Shown piece by piece: positions 48,748 to 58,837 of a stretch of DNA of 64,000 nucleotides. This DNA is from Candidatus Cloacimonadota bacterium (lineage in GTDB: Bacteria; Cloacimonadota; Cloacimonadia; Cloacimonadales; JAJBBL01), in NCBI GenBank assembly GCA_019429305.1, contig JAHYIR010000002.1, positions 43,574 through 107,573 of the forward strand. The letters run 5' to 3'. Every line of letters starts with the position of its first letter. The stretch's first letter is position 1. The position numbers and the translations under genes were made by a program. The notes under the pieces were generated by a model, which worked only from the letters and a program-made list of their open reading frames with translations, had not been told where the DNA came from and did not search any database.

Positions 48748-50032
48748 ACTATCTTTTATTGTTTTGTTCGTTTTATTACTTAATGCATGTGGTAACAGAA
48801 GAGCCCCAACAGGTGGTGAAGTTGATACTGAGAGTCCTGTTATAGTATCAATCATCCCTGAACAATTCAGTGACATTACTGATCAGAATATTGAAATTAC
48901 TTTTTCTAAACCCATTGATCGATCTTCTATCTATGAAGGTGAAAGAGGAATTTTGTTCTATCCTCTTATAGATGATAAAAGATTCCGGTGGAGTGATAAT
49001 AATCTGATCATTGAGATCAATGAAGAGTTAAAGCAAGATCGAAATTACTTTCTGACACTATCTAAACAAATCAGAGATTTAAGAAGAAATAGTCTGGAAG
49101 AGGATTATCTCTTTGTTTTCCATACCGGCGTACTCACAAACAATAGAGTTTTTGGTAATATCCGTTATGAAGTAACAGATGATATTGGTAAGGAGATTTC
49201 ACTCTCTCTCCTATCAGCAGACAGTCTCAGAATTTTTAGTAAGATTATTAGCGGAAGAAATTATAATCTTGAGAATATTGATGATGGTGATTTCATTCTA
49301 AGAGCATTTATTGATAAAAATAACAACAGAAGATACGATAGAGGAACTGAACCATATTTTGAGACTGCTTTCTCTGCTGTTAGGAATAAAGAAGTTAATC
49401 TTTTCTTAGATTATTACGACGATACTAAACCTGATATTCAATCTATTCGAGCTGAGAATAATTCTCTCATCAGGGTTACTTTTACTAAACCAGTTAAATC
49501 TATTGCCGACTTACAGATAACAACTGCTGATTCTCTGCAAAAATCTCTCAATATTCGTGATTATGATATTATAGATAAACAACTAGAGATTGTTACAGTT
49601 GCCATGGATTCAGTTTCCTATTCACTTACGCTGTTAGATACAAGAGATTTTAAAAACAATATCTCTAACGAACTAGTTATGGAATACCTTGGAAATAATG
49701 TGATTGATGACATTCAACCAGCAATAGTAAATTCGATACCTCGAAATGGTGGTATAGTCGACAATTTAACCCCTTCACTAATAATTACTTTTAATAAATT
49801 TATGACTGTTGATAATATTGATATGCTAATGATCAATACTATCACAGGTGAAAAGATACCAATTAAGTTGCAACGTGATAGCTCCAGACAATTTACAGTA
49901 ATTCCACAAAAAAATCTTACTAATCGTACGCCCTATCATTTAGAAATTTTTGATAGCTCTAAGGATATGTCTGGCAACACCTTAGCCAATACTTACGTCT
50001 TGCAGTTTTTACCTATATCCCCTGATTTTTAA
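48731..50032 (+). CDS. lipoprotein with repeated Ig-like (SbsA/Big-type) domains, function unknown
   Basis: 433 aa with a TTG start. Signal peptide MKRAFKLSFIVLFVLLLNAC carries a lipobox Cys. Repeated P.I....P.....V......I...FSKP-type Ig-like strands. Overlaps the ribE end by 17 nt. Confidence 0.6.
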   Translation: MKRAFKLSFIVLFVLLLNACGNRRAPTGGEVDTESPVIVSIIPEQFSDITDQNIEITFSKPIDRSSIYEGERGILFYPLIDDKRFRWSDNNLIIEINEELKQDRNYFLTLSKQIRDLRRNSLEEDYLFVFHTGVLTNNRVFGNIRYEVTDDIGKEISLSLLSADSLRIFSKIISGRNYNLENIDDGDFILRAFIDKNNNRRYDRGTEPYFETAFSAVRNKEVNLFLDYYDDTKPDIQSIRAENNSLIRVTFTKPVKSIADLQITTADSLQKSLNIRDYDIIDKQLEIVTVAMDSVSYSLTLLDTRDFKNNISNELVMEYLGNNVIDDIQPAIVNSIPRNGGIVDNLTPSLIITFNKFMTVDNIDMLMINTITGEKIPIKLQRDSSRQFTVIPQKNLTNRTPYHLEIFDSSKDMSGNTLANTYVLQFLPISPDF

Positions 50033-50144
50033 GGGTTTAGGTCGCTACTCCTACCTTTTTTTATTGACAACTTTACACTATATTAAAATGATTCACCTTG
50101 TAGATACTCATTACAGATGAGTGTATCCTAAAAAAGGAGGAGAT

Positions 50145-51326
50145 ATGAAAAAATTTATTCTTGTGCTGATAGTGTTCACCCTTTTTGCATCTTTTGTTTA
50201 TGCAGATTTATTAACAAGAGGGGAACTAAGAACTCGAATGGCTCTCTATTATGAAATTGGCAAAGATATGCCAACTCAATCTTTCATTGACAGCAGATTC
50301 CAGATGACTTTTGAAAAGGCCTTCAGCAACTACTTAACCGCAGTTTGGAAAGTTCAGGTTGGCGATCTAGTTTGGGGTCAAGGTGGAGCTGGATTCCCAG
50401 CTGGAGAAGTAAACATCGAAACAAGAAATCTGTATTTGGGATTTCTATGCCCACTTACAGGAGTGAACGCTAAATTAGGTATTCAAGAATGGAAAGATCC
50501 ACGTAGCTTAGTATTAGATGATGACCAGGCACCCTTCGCCGGTATTATGATCAACAAAATGTTTGGCGAAGATATTATGTTAGAATTTGGTACAGCCAAG
50601 TTGTATGAAGGCGAAATCGATTATGATGACGACATCGATCTTTTCTTCATTAATTTCGACAAAGGAAAGATGTTTGGATTAAACAATATTATCAGAAGAT
50701 GGAATGCCGGTAATAATATTGATGCTTGGATCATGCCCTACTTCAATTACATGTTTGATGGTTTCGATATCAACCTGTTAGCCGCTTACAACATGGCTTC
50801 TTACTCAGAATGGATCCCTACTGAAGATGGATGGAAAGATTACTCCAACGGTGGTTTTGCTGTTTCTTTGAAAGCTGGTTATGACTTTGAAGTAGCCATG
50901 GTAGGACTTGATTTCTTATACACCAGTGGAGATGATGAAAGTGATCCTGAATCAACTACCATCTTCAATTCAATCCATCCATATTATAAAAATGGATTAG
51001 AGATTTTTGGTATTGGTATTCACTCAGGTGCTTCAGCAGGTTATGTTGAACCGGGTAACGATGGACAAGGACTTATGAGCATAGTTCTGAATGGTGCTTA
51101 TCCGGTAAATGACGAGTTAACTCTTAAAGCCGCTTTTGGTATGCTTAATGCAGTTGAAGCTGATGAAACAGATATGGGAATGGAAGTAAACTTGGGTATG
51201 AATTACAAACTATATCAGAATCTTCACTTTGATCTAGTCGGTGCTATGGCTATGCCAGGTAAATACTATGGTGATGATGTAGACAACACAATGGCTCTGG
51301 TTTCCAGATTCATGTATAGATTCTAA
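50145..51326 (+). CDS. outer-membrane beta-barrel protein (porin-like), family not recognised
   Basis: The ATG at 50145 follows AGGAGG; the tracked GTG at 50121 is less likely. Signal peptide KKFILVLIVFTLFASFVYA, alternating amphipathic strands and a C-terminal aromatic ...SRFMYRF. Confidence 0.65.
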   Translation: MKKFILVLIVFTLFASFVYADLLTRGELRTRMALYYEIGKDMPTQSFIDSRFQMTFEKAFSNYLTAVWKVQVGDLVWGQGGAGFPAGEVNIETRNLYLGFLCPLTGVNAKLGIQEWKDPRSLVLDDDQAPFAGIMINKMFGEDIMLEFGTAKLYEGEIDYDDDIDLFFINFDKGKMFGLNNIIRRWNAGNNIDAWIMPYFNYMFDGFDINLLAAYNMASYSEWIPTEDGWKDYSNGGFAVSLKAGYDFEVAMVGLDFLYTSGDDESDPESTTIFNSIHPYYKNGLEIFGIGIHSGASAGYVEPGNDGQGLMSIVLNGAYPVNDELTLKAAFGMLNAVEADETDMGMEVNLGMNYKLYQNLHFDLVGAMAMPGKYYGDDVDNTMALVSRFMYRF

Positions 51327-51355
51327 TATAGAAGATATAGATTAAACTTATTCTT

Positions 51356-51386
51356 AAAAGCTGCTTCGACGAAGCAGCTTTTTTTT
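51356..51386 (+). terminator. rho-independent terminator
   Basis: Stem AAAAGCTGCTTC / GAAGCAGCTTTT with loop GAC; the 3' arm runs into a T8 run (51379-51386). Confidence 0.85.
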
Positions 51387-51515
51387 ACTCATTTAAATGC
51401 CTTCTTATAAAATGACAATTAATACGAAAATTTAAATAAAAATCAATTCTATCTAAAATTTCTTGACGTAATATTATAATCCTCTTTTATAGTCAAAATT
51501 TCATAGGAGTTTGAA

Positions 51516-52058
51516 ATGAGAATTAGTTTAATTTCTCTATTGGTCTTGTTGCTAGTTACGAGTTTATCCGCTTTTTATCAGGGGACTATTAATGTTGGTG
51601 GTAGCGCAACTTACGCAAGTTACAAATCTGATTCTGATGCAAATGCTATTTCAATTATTTCTTTTGCACCACAATTTGGCTACTTCTTTGTAGATAATCT
51701 TGTGGCAGATTTTTTGCTTAATTATGAAAGATTAAGTAGCGATGATTGGTCATCATCGACTTTTTCTATTGGTGTTGGAGGAAGATACTTCTACAATCAA
51801 CTTTATGGTGGATTAGGATTTATGATGCAATTCTATAGCGAAGAAGATGATTGGTATGGAGATTTTAAATACTCTGCTAATTATCTTGATTTTAAGGCAG
51901 GATACCTACTTCCTGTAGTCCAAAATGTATTTGTTGACTTTGGCTTAGGTTATGCATTAGGTTTAGGAAAATATGGTGGAGATTATGATATTTATGACAA
52001 TGAAGAGAGTATTTTTGGGATCTATGTTGGATTACAAATCTTTTTTCCAGCTAGATAA
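51516..52058 (+). CDS. small outer-membrane beta-barrel protein (OmpW/OmpA-barrel-like, 8-strand size)
   Basis: 180 aa. Signal peptide LISLLVLLLVTSLSAF, Gly/Tyr-rich alternating strands and a C-terminal ...GLQIFFPAR. Confidence 0.6.
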   Translation: MRISLISLLVLLLVTSLSAFYQGTINVGGSATYASYKSDSDANAISIISFAPQFGYFFVDNLVADFLLNYERLSSDDWSSSTFSIGVGGRYFYNQLYGGLGFMMQFYSEEDDWYGDFKYSANYLDFKAGYLLPVVQNVFVDFGLGYALGLGKYGGDYDIYDNEESIFGIYVGLQIFFPAR

Positions 52059-52078
52059 TTAATGATCTAAATATTTCG

Positions 52079-52108
52079 AGCCCGAAGGAGAATTCGGGCT
52101 TTTTTTTC
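52079..52108 (+). terminator. rho-independent terminator
   Basis: Stem AGCCCGAA / TTCGGGCT with loop GGAGAA, followed by T8. Confidence 0.85.
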
Positions 52109-52265
52109 TTAAAGAAAGACTTCTTAAGTTAAGCAGCTTTTTTTATTTGTAACTCTACTCTTAACTAATACTTAACAATCGGTTTATTCTTACTTAAATA
52201 GTCCCTCCTATAAATAGATATAATAATAAGCTCATTTTTAATGAGTTAACTAAGAGGAGGAACAA

Positions 52266-53309
52266 ATGAAACGATTAATACTCGTTTTGATGGTATTATT
52301 TATCTTTGCTTCAACAGCATTAATGGCTGAATTCAACCCTTACGGCAGTGCTAGGATCGGTTATTGGTATAATAGTGAGAACGAAGACTGGAGTAGCACT
52401 GGTGAAAATGAATTGAATATGGACTACTATTTACAAAGTAATAGTCGTTTTGGAGCTCGTTTTAACAATGATGATGTTAGTGGACGAGTAGAGTTTGGTG
52501 GTACCGGCAGCATTCGTCTTCTATATGGTAAATACAAGATGTCCGGCTGGTCATTATTGATTGGACAGGAACAGGGTAAGATTGAGATGAAGTCAAAGCA
52601 GGTTTGGGGTTCAGATAAGAATCTCGTTGGATGGGGTGGTATTGATGAAAGTCGTAAACCCCAAATCCGTATTGAAGTTGACAATGGTTTGTACTTAAGC
52701 TTTATACAACCTGAAAAAGTTAATGCCCAAGGAACTGGAACCAACCAAGACAAAAAAGTCTTATTACCAAAAATCAACTTGGGTTATTCTGGTAAATTTA
52801 GTGAGAACATAAAATTCCATGGTACATTTGGTGTTAATCACTACACTTACAACGACAATGCCGGAGATCTCGATCAAGCTGTATTAGCTTATATTTTAGG
52901 TTTGCTACTTGATTTTAACTTTGACCCTATAATGTTTCGTACCCATTTTAATTATGGGCAGAATACTAAACATTACGGTTTAAACTCTGTAACACCTAAT
53001 ACAGCTATATACGAAGAATCAAAAGATGAAATAGTCGATGTAACAACTATGGGTGGTTTCGGCGAGTTTACTTACAAAATGTCACCTCAAACAGCATTTA
53101 CAGTAGGTGTTTCTTATGTAACCTCAAATTCTGATAGCTTTGACAATGCAGAAAGTGCTATGGCAGCTTTCGTTCAGATAGAGTATAGATTGCACAGAAA
53201 TTTCCACTTAATACCTGAAGTAGGTTATTTAGACAAAATGAAAGACATCAATGATAATGATCTTGGTAATATGGTCTATTTCGGGACACAGTTAAGAATG
53301 GACTTCTAA
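52266..53309 (+). CDS. outer-membrane beta-barrel protein (porin-like), family not recognised
   Basis: 347 aa. AGGAGG RBS, signal peptide LILVLMVLFIFASTALMA and a C-terminal ...GTQLRMDF. Confidence 0.65.
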   Translation: MKRLILVLMVLFIFASTALMAEFNPYGSARIGYWYNSENEDWSSTGENELNMDYYLQSNSRFGARFNNDDVSGRVEFGGTGSIRLLYGKYKMSGWSLLIGQEQGKIEMKSKQVWGSDKNLVGWGGIDESRKPQIRIEVDNGLYLSFIQPEKVNAQGTGTNQDKKVLLPKINLGYSGKFSENIKFHGTFGVNHYTYNDNAGDLDQAVLAYILGLLLDFNFDPIMFRTHFNYGQNTKHYGLNSVTPNTAIYEESKDEIVDVTTMGGFGEFTYKMSPQTAFTVGVSYVTSNSDSFDNAESAMAAFVQIEYRLHRNFHLIPEVGYLDKMKDINDNDLGNMVYFGTQLRMDF

Positions 53310-53330
53310 CGTGTCTCCTCGTAGGAGAAG

Positions 53331-53360
53331 AGCCCGGAAGAAGTTCTTCCGGGCTTTTTT
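53331..53360 (+). terminator. rho-independent terminator
   Basis: Stem AGCCCGGAAGA / TCTTCCGGGCT with loop AGT, followed by TTTTTTGTTTT. Confidence 0.85.
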
Positions 53361-53385
53361 GTTTTATATGTATCGTTTAAATCTG

Positions 53386-54618
53386 TTAAAAACTATACTT
53401 AAGTGAGAGTTGTGTAGCAATACCGTTACTTTTCCCACCTATGAAGTTGGGACCATCAAAGAGGAAAGAGTCGCTTAGTACACCATCAATAGTAAAGTTC
53501 CTGAAATTTACAGCAAATCCTATGGATACATTGAAATTTGATTCATAGTAAGAGTATTTCTCAATCAGATAAGATTGATCACCATAAGTAAAATTCTTTT
53601 CATAACCAATAAAATGATATTGCTGATAAGCACCTACACGACCAGTTAGCCAGGAACTAATTCTTGATTCTAATCCTACACGATATTCAGGTAAAGTAGT
53701 TATTGTCTGCTCGATCTTAGTGACTTCTTTATCAGCATTTATTAACAGGTACTCCTCTTCATGTGCAGTCTTGGTCATTCCTAATGGTTTTAATCCCAAA
53801 ACCAGTAGATTATTATCATTGATTTGATAATTGATTCCTATTCCAAAGCTTACACCTAATAATGAGTGGTCATCCTTTTCGGTATAAAAAAGTGTATCTT
53901 CATCATAGTGTTTAAATTCAAAGGAGGTATTACTTAGTTTGATATCTAGTATTGTCATCATAGAGACATTGTCTTCATCAATAATAAAATAACGACCATT
54001 AAGACCCAACAATAACCCACTCAATTCACCTTTATCTAAACTAACTTCATTTTCGAGAATACCGTTTGGTAATTGCATTGTTAATCCAAGATCAAACATC
54101 TCATTAGAATAGCCACCCATGAACTCTAAAAGCAATGCATCGATACTAAATTCCAATTCTATTATGCTTCCTTCTTCTTCATAAACTTGTAAAGTATAAT
54201 TTGCTTGGTCCATAGCCATACCGAAACCTAGACCAAAATTATCCATAAAACCGAAGATAAAATTAATCTTATGATCCATATCAATAACATCCCAATCTCT
54301 GTAAGGACCACTATCGTAATCAAAATCATATAAATCAAGTTCAGTAGGCACATTGAATCTGAAACCAAATACATTGGTATAAAAGGGAATATTTCCACCA
54401 ACTGACCAATTACTTTTATTATTCCATGAACGCATTTCTGCAAAAACTAATCTGTTATAGCGATGTATTGATCCCGGGTATATCATTACATCTGTATCAT
54501 CTCTTAAAAACCCATACACACTGCCCATACTGAACATCCGGCTTTCTGAAGCAAAAGCTAAAGTTATAAACAGCAACATAAATAGATTGACGACCAATGT
54601 CTTAAAGCTATACATCAA
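53386..54618 (-). CDS. outer-membrane beta-barrel protein, family not recognised
   Basis: 410 aa. Signal peptide LVVNLFMLLFITLAFA, alternating strands and a C-terminal ...QLSLKYSF. Lies downstream of and co-directional with the two 1,300-aa cargo genes. Confidence 0.6.
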   Translation of the reverse strand: MMYSFKTLVVNLFMLLFITLAFASESRMFSMGSVYGFLRDDTDVMIYPGSIHRYNRLVFAEMRSWNNKSNWSVGGNIPFYTNVFGFRFNVPTELDLYDFDYDSGPYRDWDVIDMDHKINFIFGFMDNFGLGFGMAMDQANYTLQVYEEEGSIIELEFSIDALLLEFMGGYSNEMFDLGLTMQLPNGILENEVSLDKGELSGLLLGLNGRYFIIDEDNVSMMTILDIKLSNTSFEFKHYDEDTLFYTEKDDHSLLGVSFGIGINYQINDNNLLVLGLKPLGMTKTAHEEEYLLINADKEVTKIEQTITTLPEYRVGLESRISSWLTGRVGAYQQYHFIGYEKNFTYGDQSYLIEKYSYYESNFNVSIGFAVNFRNFTIDGVLSDSFLFDGPNFIGGKSNGIATQLSLKYSF

Positions 54619-54743
54619 ACCTCCAAGTCCTTACTTTTCATTTCAGTTAATGTTTGTTAATATGACATGTTCATTTCAATTTTGTCAACAGATATTTTCT
54701 AAACGGAAGATAAAAAAAAATTAACTAACTATACCATATAAAG

Positions 54744-54764
54744 ATAGTCATCAGTAATGACTAT
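54744..54764 (-). terminator. weak AT-rich hairpin after the 1328-aa gene (possible terminator)
   Basis: Stem ATAGTCAT / ATGACTAT with loop CAGTA. On the minus strand it is followed by CTTTATAT. Low stem stability. Confidence 0.3.
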
Positions 54765-54785
54765 AAAGCATATCTAGATATAAGT

Positions 54786-57700
54786 TTATTTTAGAAGCAT
54801 CATTTTCTTTACTGCAGACATTCTATTGCCTACAGATAAGCGATAAAGATATACTCCTGACGCTAACTGTCTGTTCCTGTTATCTCTCCCATCCCAACAA
54901 ACCGTGTGCTTTCCAGCGTTTCTTTTCTCATCTAGAAGTATTATTATCCTTTGTCCCTTAATATTAAAAATCTCTAACTTTACATCGTCAGATCTATCAA
55001 TATAAAAACTAATATTAGTACCTATACTCTTATCAGTTGATGAAGAGATATTGAAAGGGTTAGGGTAATTACTAAAGAGCACTGGTAATTCCGGTAACTC
55101 TTCAACAGAACTAACATCTTTATTAGTAACTAGTATTTTTCCAATTATCAGATCGGATGTTGGTTGAAATACAAACTCCAGTTCATCCGTAAGAACAACA
55201 AAAAAATCTTCAATCATGAGAACAATTCTATACTCTGTAGGTAAACTAGAATTTGATAAATTAAAAACAACTGGCTGTAATTCAGAAGACCATTCCAATA
55301 CAAAATTCCACAGGAGTGAATCTAATCCTACTTGATACAAATCACTTTTAAACTCAGAGTGCAATTTTTGAAAAGGATGAGATTGTTGGTCAGGCAAGAG
55401 ATAAAGATAAACATCTGAATTAGGTCTGGCTGGAGGTTTTGGTAAATCGTAGAGATAATTATAGTTTTCATCGGTAAACAAAGCACTACCGATTAATATT
55501 TGATCTCTAACCCCATCATATCGACTTACTTCAATCTCAGATTGCCAACTAACTGGAAAATCTAAATAATCATTAGTAATGTGGAAAGGTCTTAATCTTA
55601 ATAACAAATCGGTACTATTTACCCATATCCATACAGATTCACCACTATATAAATAATCGCTCAAGTAGTACCCGCTATCTCTGATCCCAATTACTCCCCT
55701 GTTAACTATATTGTATTGCATGGCTTGTCTAAAAGTGTATTGATTATCCTGAGTAACAAAAAGAAGATCACTGACTTTGATATCCGACAGAAATACATTG
55801 GGAATTAAATTCCATCCTTGAACTAATACAATATCATAAGTCTGCTGTCTGATACGACCTCTTTTTTCTGTATTATAATGGACAGGCATATAGACAAAAT
55901 GGCCTAAACCAAATTGATAAAGTAATACGTCATCATATTCTTCTTCAATACTATTATAAGCAAATAATTGTGACTGGTTTCCAAAAACATCGGTACCGAA
56001 GATGTAGGGAAGTTCGAGAAAATTCGCAGTCATATGCCAACCAGCTTGGTTAGCGAATGGAATATAAGCAGGTACAAGTCCAAACATATATGGGGAATAA
56101 TGTTCTAGAGGATATCCATCGATAACAATAGTTCTTACAACTAGTTGAGCATTTTCTAAAAGATGATCATCCGGAACATACCAAGAATAAGTTGTTGTGT
56201 CTGAGGGTAAGTTACTGGCAATCAACAGACTATCATTCTCTGTTTTTATATATAAATCTATAGTATCAACAAGGAATTCTCTGTTAATAATCCAACTGTA
56301 AACTACAAAATCATTAGCCTGAAGGAAGTGATAATCAAAAGGGGTGAAAACAACTTCTGGTAATAAATCACCCCAATAAAGAGTGAAATACCTAAACCCG
56401 ACGGTTTCTGCTTCGTAAGTGAAAGAACTCGCAGTTAAATCATGAAAAACACCCTCTAACTGATCAAAAAGATATAACTTTTCACTATTTCTTTGAAAAT
56501 TAGTTGATATAGAAATATCGAGTGGTTCAAGTAACTGGTCTGTAGCAACTCTGATAACCCAATTTTTTAGTTCATTATCTGGATCAAAAGGGCTATAAAT
56601 GTCCCGATGTAAATTACGAAATGATGAAGGCCAACTGCTTTTATATGACATTGCCCATATATAAGCTTCATTAGGATGGCTACCTTTAACAATATCGAAA
56701 TTAGCGTCATAATTATCCGTTGCAAATAGGTTGCAACCAAATTCAACCGTATCGTAAATGGTTCCATTCTGATTATTAATTATAAGAGAATATATAGGGC
56801 TTGATGCCGCTTCAGCAATAACATCATGATAGTATTCATTAGTTTCAGTATCATTAGTGGTCAATATATAATAATATTTGTTCCCATTAACAACTGCTGA
56901 GTCCTGATAATTATAGATAACATTTTGATTTTCAGTCCCTACCAAGGAACGATCTGTTTCCCAAGAAGAAATTAGAGTAAAAACATTCTCTTCCTCTTCT
57001 CTTCTGAAAATATTAAACCCAAGATTATCATACTGAAATCTCGCTAACCAACTCACTCCGATATAATTATCTCGTCCATAGGCAGCAAAATCAGCGATGG
57101 AGACCATTCCAGTATAACGTGCGGTCGAATTAGAAAATAGAGAGTAGTTATTATTATAATCCTTAGCTCTGATTTTAAAGTAATACTGAGTTTCAGGTAT
57201 TAACCCGGAAATCGTGATCTGATCTGCTGCCTGAGTTCCAAAAAATGGAATAACAGATCTGTCATATAGTAGATAATCGTCTTCATTTGAGTCAAAAGGT
57301 TCTGTAGCCACCAGCAATTCGTAAGTCTTAAAATCATAAGCATAAGATCTATCCCAAACTAAATCAACAGTTGTATTACCTGACCCTACTACTCGTAAAT
57401 TAATTGGATCGGTTGGTGGTTCAAGATCGTTGAATTCAAATAAAGGCGGTAAAACTTGATCCATTGCTACTAACCAGCGTGTGTAGAAAGCTATAGCTTT
57501 GGTATAAAAATTTTCTGGATGCCAATTTCCCATTATATGATCATAATCATAAAACCATTTATAATGATATTCATCTTGAGGATAGATACTCGGAAGTTCT
57601 TCCATTTCAATATGAAAGAAAGGGGTAAACACATCATATTGTGACCAGTTTGACATTGGATATGACATTGGAAAACCTCCCACACCTGGTAAGTTTACTG

Positions 57701-58772
57701 CATTGGAAATAGGAAGCAATTCATCACCATGTTGATAAAACATACCATGTTGATCATAATAAACTGAATAGTAATCAGTAACAAGAACATCAGAATGTAT
57801 ACCGATTGTATTTGCAGGGATGATCAAATAAGGTGAGGCGTTCACAATATCAAGAAAATTGCCACTTAAATCCCTAATAGGCAATTGTGGATATTGATGG
57901 GAAGTAGCAGATATTTGTAAGCATTTTCTACCCATATGGCTATAATCAAAACTGTGAATTTGAACCGATAATTCCCTTCTATTAAAATTCATCCTGATTT
58001 CATCAGCAAATTCTTTAAAGGCAACATTAAAAACATGATTTGTGCTTCTAGACGGATCACTAATTGAGAGATTATTATGATATATAGGATAATTATCATG
58101 CCACATTACCTCTCTACCTGCTCCAGCAACCATCAGATAACGGGCATTCCACTTTTGAAAAGCATGAACAGCTACAGGTAGAGCGATAAAATCATCTTTT
58201 GGATGTACTACATTGATAATTACCGGTACTTCAGATAATGGATCATAAATATATATTCCCCAGCCGTAATCAAAACTTCCGTGTTGATGTATCTGGGGTT
58301 GGTTTGGTTCATTATTATCATCAAAATAGTCCATGTTAAGGAATTCTCTAAGCATATAGTAAGTTCTGTTTTTATCTGTATCATGAAATTGCACTATTTC
58401 GTAGGGAAAATTAAACCAATCTATTGCAGCTTGCGCTGCATCAAAATCTTCAGTCAAAAAAAGATTTATTATTGTTCTCCAATCTTCTCTCTGAGCAGCA
58501 TTAGCATGAATATAATTCCCAAACCCATTTGTTTGAACATCCCAAGGAGCATACAAATTATAACCTGGGCGAGCCAATCCCTCAACTACATGACCAACCC
58601 AATTATCGTATGAGGTCGCATCAGTAAAGCCATACATAAAATCTCTTAATGATGCTGTTTCTCGTGCAATTGATAATATTGATGTTGTTGATAGAATAAG
58701 ACAAATAAAGATAAAAAAGCTTTTGGGTAGCTGAATAATGATAGATTTCAACCACAGAATAAAGGGTGGCAT
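54786..58772 (-). CDS. large secreted protein with possible zinc-carboxypeptidase-like N-terminal core, FN3 domain and T9SS type-A CTD
   Basis: 1328 aa. Conserved NVVHPKDDF (H190), RRELSVQIHSFDYSHMG (H273) and TPFFHIEMEELP (E389-392). FN3-like PPTDPINLRVVGSGNTTVDLVW...YYFKIRAKDYNNNYS. CTD: NYPNPFN...LEIFNIKGQR...SGVYLYRL...KKMMLLK. Confidence 0.75.
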   Translation of the reverse strand: MPPFILWLKSIIIQLPKSFFIFICLILSTTSILSIARETASLRDFMYGFTDATSYDNWVGHVVEGLARPGYNLYAPWDVQTNGFGNYIHANAAQREDWRTIINLFLTEDFDAAQAAIDWFNFPYEIVQFHDTDKNRTYYMLREFLNMDYFDDNNEPNQPQIHQHGSFDYGWGIYIYDPLSEVPVIINVVHPKDDFIALPVAVHAFQKWNARYLMVAGAGREVMWHDNYPIYHNNLSISDPSRSTNHVFNVAFKEFADEIRMNFNRRELSVQIHSFDYSHMGRKCLQISATSHQYPQLPIRDLSGNFLDIVNASPYLIIPANTIGIHSDVLVTDYYSVYYDQHGMFYQHGDELLPISNAVNLPGVGGFPMSYPMSNWSQYDVFTPFFHIEMEELPSIYPQDEYHYKWFYDYDHIMGNWHPENFYTKAIAFYTRWLVAMDQVLPPLFEFNDLEPPTDPINLRVVGSGNTTVDLVWDRSYAYDFKTYELLVATEPFDSNEDDYLLYDRSVIPFFGTQAADQITISGLIPETQYYFKIRAKDYNNNYSLFSNSTARYTGMVSIADFAAYGRDNYIGVSWLARFQYDNLGFNIFRREEEENVFTLISSWETDRSLVGTENQNVIYNYQDSAVVNGNKYYYILTTNDTETNEYYHDVIAEAASSPIYSLIINNQNGTIYDTVEFGCNLFATDNYDANFDIVKGSHPNEAYIWAMSYKSSWPSSFRNLHRDIYSPFDPDNELKNWVIRVATDQLLEPLDISISTNFQRNSEKLYLFDQLEGVFHDLTASSFTYEAETVGFRYFTLYWGDLLPEVVFTPFDYHFLQANDFVVYSWIINREFLVDTIDLYIKTENDSLLIASNLPSDTTTYSWYVPDDHLLENAQLVVRTIVIDGYPLEHYSPYMFGLVPAYIPFANQAGWHMTANFLELPYIFGTDVFGNQSQLFAYNSIEEEYDDVLLYQFGLGHFVYMPVHYNTEKRGRIRQQTYDIVLVQGWNLIPNVFLSDIKVSDLLFVTQDNQYTFRQAMQYNIVNRGVIGIRDSGYYLSDYLYSGESVWIWVNSTDLLLRLRPFHITNDYLDFPVSWQSEIEVSRYDGVRDQILIGSALFTDENYNYLYDLPKPPARPNSDVYLYLLPDQQSHPFQKLHSEFKSDLYQVGLDSLLWNFVLEWSSELQPVVFNLSNSSLPTEYRIVLMIEDFFVVLTDELEFVFQPTSDLIIGKILVTNKDVSSVEELPELPVLFSNYPNPFNISSSTDKSIGTNISFYIDRSDDVKLEIFNIKGQRIIILLDEKRNAGKHTVCWDGRDNRNRQLASGVYLYRLSVGNRMSAVKKMMLLK

Positions 58773-58837
58773 TTTACACCTATTGACCCTATATAAATCT
58801 CTTTACATAAGGTATTTTGTAACACAAACTTCCAGTT

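Noticed and set aside
53386-54618. Calling the 410-aa OMP a T9SS component (PorV or PorP/SprF).
   Set aside because: It lacks the N-terminal Q-D-P-x-F-S-Q-Y type motif I associate with PorP/SprF, and I cannot recall PorV well enough to claim similarity. Adjacency to cargo genes alone is insufficient.
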